64,000 bases of DNA. Source: Octopus sinensis (taxonomy: Eukaryota). A program made the position numbers and the translations under genes. The DNA lies in NCBI RefSeq assembly GCF_006345805.1, contig NC_043014.1:50530001-50594000 (forward strand). The letters run 5' to 3'. Positions 26,989 to 40,068 of this stretch are shown piece by piece. The notes under the pieces were generated by a model. That model was given only the letters and a program-made list of their open reading frames with translations, was not told where the DNA came from and did no database searches. Each line of letters starts with the position of its first letter. Positions within the stretch are counted from its first letter, which is position 1.

Positions 26989-27084
26989 TACTGTCTATAT
27001 ATATATTACTGTCTCTCTCTATATATAGATATATATCAGTCTCTCTCCATCTATCTCTCCACCTGTCTCTCTCTCTGTATCTAT

Positions 27085-27156
<72 letters not shown>

Positions 27157-27244
27157 ATATCTATCTATCTATCTGTCTACCTACCAACCATTTCTATCTC
27201 TCTACATATCTATCTATCCATCTGTCTCTCTCTATCTCTGTCTG

Positions 27245-27347
<103 letters not shown>

Positions 27348-27632
27348 GTCTGTCTATCTGTCTCTCTGTATTTCCCAGGCTCTCTCCTCGAGTCTTTTTT
27401 CGTTTCCAGACATCCAGCTCTGTTCCACTCTCTTTCCAAGTCCCTTTGGCCCTCTTTCCCTCTCTCCCTCCCTCTCTCTCTCTCTCTCCATTTATCCATC
27501 TATTACAGTTTCTCTCACCTTCCTGTTTTTCACTGTTTATCAAAACTCTGCTCACTCACACATTCGCATAGCTCTAACAGTTTGAAATTTTCTCTCACTT
27601 TCTCGACTCCGATCTCACTATCTCTGCTTATA

Positions 27633-27676
<44 letters not shown>

Positions 27677-28284
27677 GCTTTCTTTCATCCTATATTACTA
27701 CGTCCCTTTTCTCTCTCTCTCTTTTTTTTTTTACTAATCATCGATTTCACTCAGATTCTCCCATCTCCCTCCCTTCCTCACCCCGCTGTCTCTCCCCTTC
27801 GATCAATCATTCCTTTTCTCTCCCCTCCTACCTTCACACTTCGTCACCTTGCTTTCTAATATTACCTCGACTCTCACCACTCCCTCTGCATCATTCTTCT
27901 TTCTTTCCCTCTTTTTCCCAATATCATTCTCTTTCTCCCTATAATAATCTTTCTTCTGAAATCTTTTCCACTAAATATATATCTATTTCTATATATATTT
28001 GTATATATATATATATGTGTGTATACACTAATATACATACATATATATAACATATGGTGGTGAGGTGAGTACATGTATATGCATGTACAGACACACCCAT
28101 CCATATATATATATATATGTATATATATGTAAACATATATATGTATACACACACACATATATATACACATACACACACACACATATATACACATACACAC
28201 ACACACATATATGTATTTATATATATACACACATATATATATGTATATTAGTGTATACATGTATATCTATCTATATATATATAT

Positions 28285-28335
<51 letters not shown>

Positions 28336-29068
28336 CATACATATATATATATATACATACATACATATACTCATATACATATATATATACACTCACACAC
28401 GCACACACACACACACACACACACACCATATATACGTTTATATTCTGTCTGTCTCTCTCATTCTCTCTCTCTCTCTCTCTCTCCCACTCTTTCAATCCTT
28501 CTCTCACTGTCCGAAACAAGTCTAATAACCACTGCTACAAACCCACTGCAGTACAAAACCGTCCGCTGATCCACCCCCACCACCAGCCGCCATTGTAACC
28601 CTAAATAGTCTCCACGATGCAGATACATCCATAAATATGCCAGAGGCTTTTTTTTATAGCACTTTCGGTTCAAATATGCATCATAATTTGGAAGCAAAAC
28701 TCTTATACATGCCTATCCATGTACACTTTATCTATCTATTCTCAGATACATCATATCGGCTATATACTTCTACGCGTATATATAATATATATATATATAT
28801 ATATCTATATATATATATAAATACACATATATATATATATATTATATATATATATATTATATATATGCCATATATTATATTATATATATACATATGTATG
28901 TCTGTCTGTATATATACATATATATGTGACATATATATATATATATATAATCAAAATAAGCAACAAGTGTATCTTAGGTGATCTTTTTTTTATTAATCGA
29001 TTAAAAGAAGCCGCCTGAAACGGCCGTAAGGCACTGATACCTGGACATCCTTGTTACTCATTTGCTTC

Positions 29069-29102
<34 letters not shown>

Positions 29103-29163
29103 GTGTGTGTGTGTATGTGTGTATATATATATGTATATAATATATATATATATATAAATACAC

Positions 29164-29223
<60 letters not shown>

Positions 29224-29225
<2 letters not shown>

Positions 29226-29474
29226 AATGAAAGAATGGAGTCGAACGACGATTTTAACAAAATTCCTTTATTCTCGACAAATGTTTCGAAGACTGCATAT
29301 TCTTAATTCCGAAGGAATAAAGGGTGCATTATGCCGCCTTCTCATCAGGAAAGACAAGGAACCTATGTAAGCATCATGACGTACAAAACTTTTAGATGAT
29401 TGCCCACATGGGGTCCACAGTCGAGAATAAAGGAATTTTGTTAAAATCGTCATTCGACTCCATTCTTTCATTTA
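29224..29474 (-). mobile_element. 251-bp element (type D) with ~55-bp terminal inverted repeats
   Basis: 29225-29278 versus reverse complement of 29420-29473: 53/54 identical, extendable by one T/A pair. Confidence 0.85.
29260..29364 (-). ncRNA. Type I hammerhead ribozyme, canonical core
   Basis: Minus strand: stem I AGGUUCCUU-GUC-UUUC / GAGA-AUA-AAGGAAUUU; core CUGAUGA (29348-29342); stem II GAAGGC/GUCUUC closing a 54-nt hairpin; GAAAC; stem III AC-AUUU-GU; GUC triplet (29278-29276). Folded by eye, activity untested. Confidence 0.75.
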
Positions 29475-30272
29475 CTTATAGTTAAAAAAAAACACACAAA
29501 TTACCACATGAGAACACGGGATTTCTGCCCTTGGCATGTAGCTTCAACCGTGTTTTATGACGTGAATTTGCTACCCGGGTATCGGTTAACCGAATTATCC
29601 ATACTAGGATAATTCATTCACCTACTTATATATATATATATAAAGAGAGAGAGAGAGGAGAGAGAGAGAGAGAAATTTATAGTTAGATACATAGATAGAC
29701 ACACAAACAGACAAGACGGACAGACAGACATACAACAGACAGGCAGACAGACAAACAGAGAGACAGACAGACAGATATATAGAAAGATAGATAGATAGAT
29801 AGTTAGATAGATAGATAGATAGATAGATGGTGTCTTGTATATTTATTCATAACACGTTTTAGCTGTTTCCAACCACAATATGCTAATCCCCGTTGTATTC
29901 GTCGCAGATTAAATCATCACCTCCACAACAAATAGCTAATCGATTTTTTTAATGCAGGTGCTCTCGGTGATATTGTTTCGACATCGCTCTGTTTCGTCAG
30001 TCAGAAACTCCCCGGAGCAGTGAATCTAAAAGCATCCAGTGGCCTTCTCCATTGTCTCAGCGAGGAATGTGTCCGTGAATCCGTGCTAATGTCTACAAAC
30101 CGACAATGAATAGTCATAAGCGGTACAAAAAAAATTGATGGTTAGTTTATTCATCCTTAATACGTTCTTGCAGATTCGAACGTGAATACGCGACTCGCTG
30201 TTGTGTTCGTCACAGGAGTATGGTTAGCATTGATGATGTCAGTGCATCACAAACACATATTCCTCGTAAAAG

Positions 30273-30435
30273 AGAAGCTGTCCTTTGCCGAAGACAAGAA
30301 CGATTAACATATTGTATGGGACTTCGAACTGTCGGAGAAGAGGTAACATATGCTGTTTGATAGACCTCTTCTCCGATACTTCGATGTCACATGCAATATG
30401 GTAATCTTTGTTGTCTTCGTCAAAGAACAGCTTCT
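30273..30435. repeat. Gap-free inverted repeat: 72-bp arms, 19-nt loop
   Basis: 30273-30344 versus reverse complement of 30364-30435: 62/72 identical, no indels. Confidence 0.9.
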
Positions 30436-31862
30436 TCTTTAGCAATTAAAATATATTTTTGAATTCTGTACCACTAATTGCATCCATTGTTTTCGGGTTC
30501 TTTTCATCACTTCTCCGGATGAAGTCAAACTGACCTCGCTAAATTCAGCATTGTTTGGATATTTTTTCAACATGACGTAACCTTTCCGCTCCTGTGGCTA
30601 AACACAGTCGATTTCTCCCAGAGAGAGAGAGAGAGAGAGAGAGGTGGGAAGAGAGAAAGAAAAAGAGGGAGAAAAGTAGAGAGAGGTGGAGAAAACTTCT
30701 ACTTCATTCATTCAACATCACTGATATAAGAATCGCACAATAACTCTATGTCTCTTTCTTCCGTAAATGTATGGCTCTTGTTTACCACCCGCCAAAGAAT
30801 ATTGGCATTTGAAAGCTATTGGTTTATCTCACAGAGTAGAGTATTCACAGCTTTTGCGAATGTAAGAAGTGATATAATTCAAGTATGTTTTTACCATCAA
30901 TATACACTTCTTCAAATAACTATACAAGGGATTCTCAACAAGTTTGTCCGAGAACGGTTCATTCAAGAACAAATACAACTCGATTGCATTTAATATAAAA
31001 AATAAAACCTCTCACAGAAAATATCATGCTCCATGTTTCTTTTCTTAAATATTTCATCCTATTACTACTGAAGCATTGTATCATGTGTTTCAGCTAAATA
31101 TAAATGTCATATTTGTTAAATTAGAAGATTCACATGCATTACATAACAGTCTTGAACTCTGATATTCCTATAGACAAACTTCAAAATATTTACTCCGAAA
31201 TATTTCTGCCGTTTCTTCTCTTCCACCTCGCACGCGGCTAGTTCTTTGAATCTCCTTCAAGCAACCAAACTTTGAGTATTGTAGATTAATAATTACATAT
31301 TTTCGATATATAACTTTGCTTTTTATCCTTCCAGGACTTGGCTAAGCTATACATTCACATTTTACCTCCAATCAATTTTTGTAAAAAAAAAAAGGCGTCC
31401 ATTTTGTTTCTCCCATATGCCTATTATATTATGAAATTCTTCTGCAATCCTTTTCGTCTACGCTTTGTCTACTCACATGTCATCATTTCATATTCACATA
31501 GTTTAACGCATTCCATTCACATTTATATATATAAGCATAGTTAATTGTCTTTTATTTACACATTCTCATTAATTTTTTCCTTTTTTAATCTTCTTTCTGC
31601 GGTTTCCTTTCTTTTCTCAACTTAACAATAATATTTCTTGTTCCATTACTTTTTAAATTTTATCCACCCGTTACTCTTTAATTCTCCCCCTCTCTCTCTC
31701 TCCCTCTCTTTCTTCTCTCTCCCTCAATCCCCATATCTTTCTCTCCCCATCTTTCTCTGTCTCTCTATCTGTCTCTCTTTCTGATGCCGTCTGTTTGTTC
31801 ATCTATCTGTCTGCATATCGATCTCTCTAATGTATCTACTTATTTGTTAATGTATTTACCCT

Positions 31863-31940
<78 letters not shown>

Positions 31941-31989
31941 TGTGTGTGTGTGTGTGTGTGTGATGGCTGCCCCCTCGTTATCGAGTATG

Positions 31990-32230
31990 GCCATTGCACG
32001 AGGCTTAATTGTGATCGGTGCTGCGATCGAATGTGATTTTTTTGCCCAGCTAAAGATCGCCTTTAGTCGAAGTAGTCGACCCCAGAACTTATTCTTTGTA
32101 AGCCTAGTTAGCATACGACGAGCTTATTTCAGTTTCCGTCGTTTTATCGCCCGAGAGGCTATATTTGAAGACACTCGTCCAATGTGCCACGCAGTGAGAC
32201 TGAACTCGGAACCATGTGGATCGTAAGCAA
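31990..32230 (-). mobile_element. SINE family 1, deleted and degenerate
   Basis: ttattctttgtaagcctagt and ggaaccatgtgg...aagctacttaccacac; internal deletion. Confidence 0.65.
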
Positions 32231-32894
32231 GCTACTTACCACACTGCCTCACACACACACACGTATGTTATGTATGTATGTTGTGACAGAGAAGAAGTAC
32301 TAAGATCAGATTATTCGACGGGATTTATGTTGCTGATGTAATTTCATACGTAATCTGTGCTTTGCTGGGCGGAGTTTATTTCACAGTAAGTTTCCATTCG
32401 AAATGGATGACATCGGCAAAACTTTCTTGTTCTTTCGTTTTTAATTTCACTGATTTCACTTCGTGCAAATGCCATTCTTCTGCCTTGAATCGATTTAATC
32501 GATCGTATCGATCTAGGCACTAATTCTCATTAGGGTTTGACACCTATTTTATCGATCTGTATTACACTTATTTTTTTTCTCTTACATTGCAGCGTCAGCA
32601 AAATTATCTGCGCTGTTAAATAAGGGTGTGTAGGTTCTGAGTTCAAATTTTGTCGAAGTCCACTTTGGTCTTAAACAGACTTTCCCATGTCAATAAACAA
32701 ACCCATTCTAAATTCTGGATCATCTTATATTCCCACAAATATTCTGCATAGAAATGGATTTATAAGAAGAAAAAAGGATATACTAAACTCTAAGGCTCTA
32801 CGTGACCCCTTGGTTTGTTTGTAGTAGAAGCCAATTCCGTTTCAAAGCCTACAGATTTCTATCTGAGCCGCCTTAAGTAATTGTTCTCAAATTG

Positions 32895-33127
32895 AAGGCG
32901 GCGAGCTGGCAGAACCGTTAGCAGGCCGGGCGAAATGCGTAGCCGTATTTCGTCTGCCGTTACGTCCTGAGTTCAAATTCCACCGAGGACGACTTTGCTT
33001 TTCATCCTTTCGAGGTTGATAAATTAAGTACCAGTTACGCACTGGAGTCGATGTAATCGACTTAATCCGTTTGTCTATCCTTGTTTGTCCCCCTCTATGT
33101 TTAGCCCCTTGTGAGTAATAAAGGAAC
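32895..33127 (+). mobile_element. SINE family 2 (tRNA head plus Meta-domain-like core), single unit
   Basis: Head aaggcggcgagctggcagaaccgttagc, B box gagttcaaattcc, core gctttttcatcctttcgagg-like segment resembling the Meta/Sauria SINE domain as I recall it. Confidence 0.8.
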
Positions 33128-33129
33128 AG

Positions 33130-33515
33130 ATATTGGTTTTAAATGTTGGTACAAGTTCAGGAATTTCGTGGAGAGGTTTTAAGTCCATTACAGTTCTCAA
33201 GTGGTACTTATTTGTTGTGTGGACGCCCCCAAACGATGAAGTAGGCTAGCCCAATACGTAGATATAGAGGGAGACGACTAGACGTCGGGAGTAAAGTAGA
33301 GGTCATCGGAACGCGCGATATAACAGTGGCGACGAGGATTTTGTAGCTCATGCGATATAACATTATTTTACGGATGCTGAAGAGATGAAGGACAAATTGA
33401 CCCCGAAAGGATGAAAAGCAAAGCAGACACCGGCAACTCAGAACGTAAAGACGAACGAAATACCGCTAACCAGTTCGCCTGGCGTGCTACTGATTCTGTC
33501 TGCTCGCCGCCTTTC
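33130..33515 (-). mobile_element. SINE family 2 copy interrupted by the mini LTR-like element
   Basis: SINE sequence ggtacttatt|...|tt resumes as gaccccgaaaggatgaaa...ctcagaacgtaaagacg...gctcgccgcc. Confidence 0.7.
33213..33362 (+). mobile_element. Mini LTR-like element with perfect 5-bp TSD
   Basis: TTATT (33208-33212), TGTTG...AACA, TTATT (33363-33367); TGGCGACGAGGAT at 33327. Confidence 0.8.
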
Positions 33516-35022
33516 GATCTTAGAATATTGAAAATATATTTGGTAAGTGCTCCAAGACGCAGTTTGCCTCAAAAAGCGATTAGATTATATAGAGCGCTCG
33601 CTGAACCGCACTTGATATTCTGCGACTAAATTCTAGCAAATGCAACGATAACAAAATCAACAGCAACGACTCCTAATAATTGACAAGAAAAAAACAAAAC
33701 AGATAAGAGCATAGATGCATAACTTCACGTTGTTTTTGGCCCAAGTTCAGCTAAGATGAAACATGTTCAGGTACAATATCCAGTCACGGCCATTTCACTA
33801 TACTTTCTATTACACAATGAGAGATACTTTTTCCAGGATCACATCACGCGATGATCATTCCTTTTTAAAGACATTAATTGTGGAAATTGGGAGACATTTG
33901 GTGGCTATTTTAAGCAGGTAGAACGACCACATAAGTGACTGTTGGTAGTGAAGTCCAGTCGTGTATAATTATAATGGTTTCAAATGGTTTCAAATTTTGG
34001 CACAAGGCCAGAAATTTCGTGGGGAGGTATAAAAGAATTATATCCACCTCAGTGCTCTACTGGTAGTTATTTCATCAACCCCGAAAGGATGAAAGACAAA
34101 GGTGACCTCGGCGGAATTTGAACTCAAAACCTGAAGATCACGAAATGCCGCTTTGCATTTTGTTCAGCGTGCTAAAGCTTCTCCTAGCTCACTGCCTTTA
34201 TGCCTACTTGAATAAAAGACATTCCATCCGTGACCATCCTCTTTCCAGGTTATCAAAAGTAACGTGTTCTATGACAGCGAGTTGTAATTTAAATCTGCCA
34301 ACTGTTTCTCATATTTTAAGCGCAAACACATGACTTGCGTGACTTAGCTGTGACCTCTAGCATATCAATCAACCACGTAAGTGTTCGCTTTTGGGATAAG
34401 AAGTAGATTGAGTTTGCTCTAAAGTGTTTGTTATAATTGTTGTTATTCAATCTCAGTTCAATCCTGATCGAGTTATTCAAATACATTAAATGAGACTTAA
34501 TACAGAAGGGTCGTATATACGCCAGTGGCTCAATTTAATATCCGAGCCAAACCCAAAACCTCGATTCACTCTGGGGTCCGCACCAAATGCATGCAAAATA
34601 TAAGTCAATAAAATGTAGAATATAAGTCGATTAACAAAAAGGTTAAGGGACACCGGCGGGGTGCTTGAGGCTTGCGTATTGTTGGTCTTTATAGTAACTC
34701 GATCTGATAGTAATAAGAGCAACAATCTCTTGCAGGTGAAACACCGTAATCAGAAGAAAATCCTACAGTGCAATAGTTGAACACACGGGAAAACGACGCT
34801 TTATATATGGCATATCTTAAATAATGTAGGAGTGTCACGGCTGGAATGGTCTGCTCAATGAAGGAACACAATAGAGTTACAACAGATGAAAACAAATATC
34901 CGTTGCAGCATCAAAATATAATACAGATTATCTTTAAAAATCGTCACAGCGATCGGACAAATTCTTTTATACACACAGTATGTCTTCTGATATTGAAGAC
35001 TATCTATCTATCTATCTATCTC

Positions 35023-35113
<91 letters not shown>

Positions 35114-35159
35114 GTCTATCTACCTACCTACCTACCTACCTACCTACCTACCTACCTAC

Positions 35160-35197
<38 letters not shown>

Positions 35198-35347
35198 GTC
35201 TATCTACCTACCTACCTACCTACCTATCTGTCTATCTATCTAGGTAGCTATTCATCTATCTATCTATCTATCTATTTATCTGTAAAAGCGGAGACAGAGA
35301 TAGAGAAATTTACAGAGAGACAGAAAAACATATAGATAGATAGAAAA

Positions 35348-35429
<82 letters not shown>

Positions 35430-36396
35430 TATGAAGACAGAGCCAACGGCGTAGTGTTACATTTCATTCTTACTCACATAGAGACAAACACAGGAAACAA
35501 ACGGTCTATAGGCACACATCTTTCAGACTCAAAGACTTCCACACACACACACACACACATACACACACACACATAATCTCTCTCACACACACATGTATGT
35601 ATGTATGTATGTATATATATATATATTATATCATATTATGTTATATTATATTATATTACATTATATTATATATTATTCAGGAACGTCGCAAAAGAATCAA
35701 AAGATAAGAGATTCAATGTTGAAGAACAAAAGATTAGAGATCAGAGAACCGTGTGTCTCTGCGTATGTGTATGTGAGGTGAGTGCGTGTGTGTATGGGCA
35801 TGCGTGTATGTGTATGTATGTGTGTGTGTGTGTGTGTGAGTGTGTGAGGCGGGGAATAAGATTTATCTATTCATCTTTTGAAATTGGCATATTCTACAGA
35901 TAGAAAAGAAAACCGTGCGTTGCTCACAGAAGAAAGAACTTGCCGAAGTAGTGGAATCTTTTAGTGTTTGATTAAACAGAGCTTCAAGAGAATTCAAGAC
36001 AAACTTCCCCTTCTAGTGTCAGAAACCTAAATAGGAAATTTTAGAAGTAAACGAAGATGAAAACAAAAACACAAAAAAGAAAAAAAAACGGATGTGTTTC
36101 GAGTTTAAATGAATGTTCGACAATATATAATGGCAAAGGTGTTGCTGTTGGATGTTGATTGCTTTTGTTGAGGTTGTTGTTGTTGTGTTTTAGCCCTGGG
36201 CAACCTCTGATGTAGCCCACCTATGATCAAAGACATTTGGTGTGTTACCATTGTTATCCTTCTCGCTTCCCTCAGAGTGACTTCATCTAAAGCCAATGTA
36301 TTCAAAATCTCTTATAATTTTAAAGACGTTATGGTGGCATTTCAGCGAGACTCGAACGAGATTTGGTTGCCCAAATCACGATTATATAAGTAGTGT

Positions 36397-36712
36397 GAAG
36401 GCGCATGGTCTTGTGGTTAGGGTATGTGGCTCAGGATCGAAAACTCGTAATTTTGATTCCCAGGCGACGCAGCGTGTCCTTGAGCAAGACTCTTTATTCC
36501 GCGTTGCTCCAGTCCACTCAGTTGGCAAAAATAAGTGTCATCTGTATTTCAAAGGGCCATCCTTGTCACATTCAGTGTCACGCTGAATCTCCCTAAGATC
36601 TACATTAAGGGTACACGCGTCTGTGGAGGGCTCATCTATTTGCTCGTGAATTTCACTGGCAGGCTGTTCGTTGATGGAAACAATTGTAACCATAGCCGTC
36701 GTAATCGATGGA
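36397..36712 (+). mobile_element. SINE family 3, diverged
   Basis: aaggcgcatggtcttgtggttaggg head; ccttgagcaagac and gttgctccagtccactcag core; 3' part shared with 52545-52715. Confidence 0.65.
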
Positions 36713-37189
36713 GGGCCAATGATTTTTGTTTATATATGTATATATGTATGTACGTTCAGAATGAATATTCATTTATTCAAACAACGGCATTTAATTATTC
36801 ATTAAATTAGCCCCTAATAGGCTGAATATTCCGTAGATAGTATTCCTTAAAATAATATTCTGGGACAATTGACCTCACAGAACGTAGAAGTCTGGGACAT
36901 TAAATTGCTAGATTCAGTATATTTGAAAGGCTTCGATGCTGTTTCCATTGACCTAATTACACCTGTGAGGGATGGGTATGCTCGAGTACTCGAGGTTACC
37001 ATGAGAGTCGCTTGTCTAACAAGCCAGGCTTCAGGCAGTTAATCGCAATATAGAAACCATGTGTTGTACGTTTAATCTTGTTCGTTCTCTTTTGACCCGC
37101 CACCCCTTCCACCAGGTCACCTTTTGGGTGTTTCTTTTCGTTCTTCGCTGTTCCTCTCTGTGGACAATGGAAATGAAAATAATTGGTCT

Positions 37190-37205
37190 TTTTTCCACCA
37201 CCACC

Positions 37206-37257
<52 letters not shown>

Positions 37258-37288
37258 CCACCACCACCACCACCACTACCACCAATAA

Positions 37289-37323
<35 letters not shown>

Positions 37324-37366
37324 ACACTACTAACACTACTACTATTACTACTATTATTACTACTGT

Positions 37367-37425
<59 letters not shown>

Positions 37426-37813
37426 TCATTGTTATTTTATTGATATCATTATTGTTATCCTGGAATATTTTTCCCAAACGTTGCAGCTAATAACGCTGCG
37501 GCAAGTTGTATCGGAACGAAACTCATTCCACCTGTTTGCCGTTTGACGATTCTTAATTAGTTTACTTAATCTGAGAGAATCTCACCGATGGCGATGTGAA
37601 CGGGCAAACATTGTTATAATAACATTTATCTTCACAGATCTCAGATAACAACGGTAGCAAAAACAACAATAGGAACAAAGACAACAACAGCAACGAAACC
37701 AACTACAACCACAAAAACAAAAAGAACAATAATAATAATAAGGATAATAATAAGGATAATAATAATAATAATAATAATAATGATAAATAATAATAATAAT
37801 GGTAATAATAATG

Positions 37814-37904
<91 letters not shown>

Positions 37905-38186
37905 TAATAATAGTAATAATAATAATAATGATAATAATAATAATAATAATAAAAATAATAATAATAATAATGATAATAATGTAGAAACAATGCCAACAAC
38001 AGCAACAAAATTAACAACTACAGCAACAACAATAATAACAGTAATAATAAAAATAATAGTAATAATAATAATGATAATAATAATAAGAATCACAAAAGTA
38101 ATAATAATTATAATACTACTGCTACTACTACTACTACTAATAATAATAATAATTATAATAATAATAATCACAAAAGTGATAAAAAT

Positions 38187-38244
<58 letters not shown>

Positions 38245-38300
38245 TTAATAATAATAATGATAATGAAAATAATAATAATAACAATAATAATAATAATACC
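37190..38300. repeat. Compound trinucleotide tracts (ACC/ATC/ACT)n and (AAT)n
   Basis: Directly visible; source of poly-T/I/N/L ORFs. Confidence 0.9.
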
Positions 38301-38838
38301 AGGCAGCGGCTCTCATGGCTTCTGATCTTAACTGATTGAAAGTGTTATCATGTACATTCTTTTGTCTTGGTATAAAAGATGGGCTACAGCAAATATTCTG
38401 CTCAATACCACAGATTTGCGTGTCAGTTGTTTGACCTTAACCAGTTGAGTATGTCCCTTATTGGCTGACAATATGTGCATCTCTGATCACGAGCAGAAGT
38501 AGTGGGGGAGCATCATAGCCATGTGTTGAGAGGGATTCTTTGGGGTTTGAATAATTCACCTCTGGAAACATGGGTGGTTCTTTCAACATCCTTAAACAAC
38601 CCTTATTCAGGGACCTTTTGAGCGGGATGGGCTACTCAACCTGAAGAAAATTCTAACTGGGCCCCACCTGCAAGGTCATGTGCTGTTTATCTTGATATGA
38701 GATCACCATGTCGCGCACATATGGTTGTGATGCATGTGCCTGCTGTACCCTTATCAGACGGGTAGTAATGATGGGTATATTGGGCTTCGTATATTTTACC
38801 CCAGTGTCACTTTGATGGCATGAACTGCTCTCTCACTC

Positions 38839-38872
<34 letters not shown>

Positions 38873-38913
38873 TAATAATAATATAATAATAATAATAATA
38901 ATATAATAATAAT

Positions 38914-38944
<31 letters not shown>

Positions 38945-38970
38945 TAATAGTAATAGTAATAATACCAGTA

Positions 38971-39010
<40 letters not shown>

Positions 39011-39197
39011 CAACAACAACAACATTAACAAGAACAACAACAAGTACAACAGTTATTGTAATGGCAACAAAAAGCAGGACAATGGAATCAAAAGTGGCAA
39101 CAGCAGCCACAAGAGTAGCGGTGGCAGTTGTATTAGATAAGCGGAAGAACGGCAGCAATTGCAAGAACAAGTATATCAGGAGAGAGAGGTGTGACAG

Positions 39198-40068
39198 CAA
39201 AATTCCGGAAGCAAACCAAAACTTTCAGATAGGGACCGTCGGACTCTTATGCGAATTATTAGAAAGGAGATCTCCCAAAGTACATCTCCCAGAATTACTG
39301 TAGAGTTTAATGACAACTTCGAGAACCTAGTTTCCACAAAAACTGTTTCCCGGGAGCTGCGCAAAGCTGGATTACACGGGAGGGGTGCAATCAGAAAACC
39401 ACTACTTTGAAAAACAAAAGTTTCAAAGAGTTTAGAGTGGAGTAAAAACCTACAGAATTGTTCCCTAGAGCAGTGAATTATGTTATTTTTCTCGGGAGAG
39501 TCATTCTTTACCTTATTTCCGACCACCGGCCGAGTACCGTGCGGAGACAGTCAAAAGAAACATTTGACTTAGACAGCTTTCTTCCAACTGTTATACACGG
39601 AGGAGAATCTGTTATGTGCTGCGAGGCTATATCTTGGAAATCTGCCAACCCAATGGTTTCCCTTCATGGCAGTATTGATAGTCAAATCTATTTAAGCTTT
39701 TTAACCGATCAAATTCATCCTATGGTTGCAGAACTGTTTCCGGAGGGTAACGCAATCTTTCAGGATGATAATGCACCAATTCACACAGCTAAGGTTGTTA
39801 CTGAATGACACGAGGAACATTCTAGTGAAGTTGAACATCTCATCTGGCAACCACAGTTCCCAGATCTCAATATTGTTGAACATTTCTGGTGCATTTTAGA
39901 AAAACAAGGAGTTGATATCCTTCACCATCATCACTACAAGAACTGGAGACTGTTTTAGCTGAAGAATGAACAAAAATTCCTTTGGAAACAATTCAAACTT
40001 TGTACGAGTCCAAACCTCGTAGAATTAAAGTTGTAATTACTAACAAAGGTGGTCTTGCCTCATATTAA
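39198..40068 (+). pseudogene. Tc1-family (DD34E) transposase pseudogene, 5'-truncated
   Basis: QNSGSKPKLSDRDRRTLMRII, RKPLL, VIFSGES, HGGESVM, IFQDDNAPIHTAK, WQPQFPDLNIVEHFW, KGGLASY*; several stops and frameshifts. Confidence 0.9.

Noticed and set aside
29975-30000. Minus-strand CTGACGA-AACAGAGCGATGTC-GAAAC hammerhead-like string
   Set aside because: Stem II would close with A-C, and I found no stem I or stem III arrangement that completes the fold.
32895-32990. tRNA gene-like heads of SINEs
   Set aside because: A/B boxes are present, but there is no complete cloverleaf and each head continues into a SINE body.
34480-34960. Coding-looking island with a [17 protein letters not shown]-like string
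   Set aside because: Stops in all frames and no second repeat or consistent splice structure.
38315-38830. GC-richer ~500-bp island between (AAT)n tracts
   Set aside because: Probably a LINE-derived or other interspersed repeat, but it is single-copy here with no ORF or motif, so it cannot be classified from this window.
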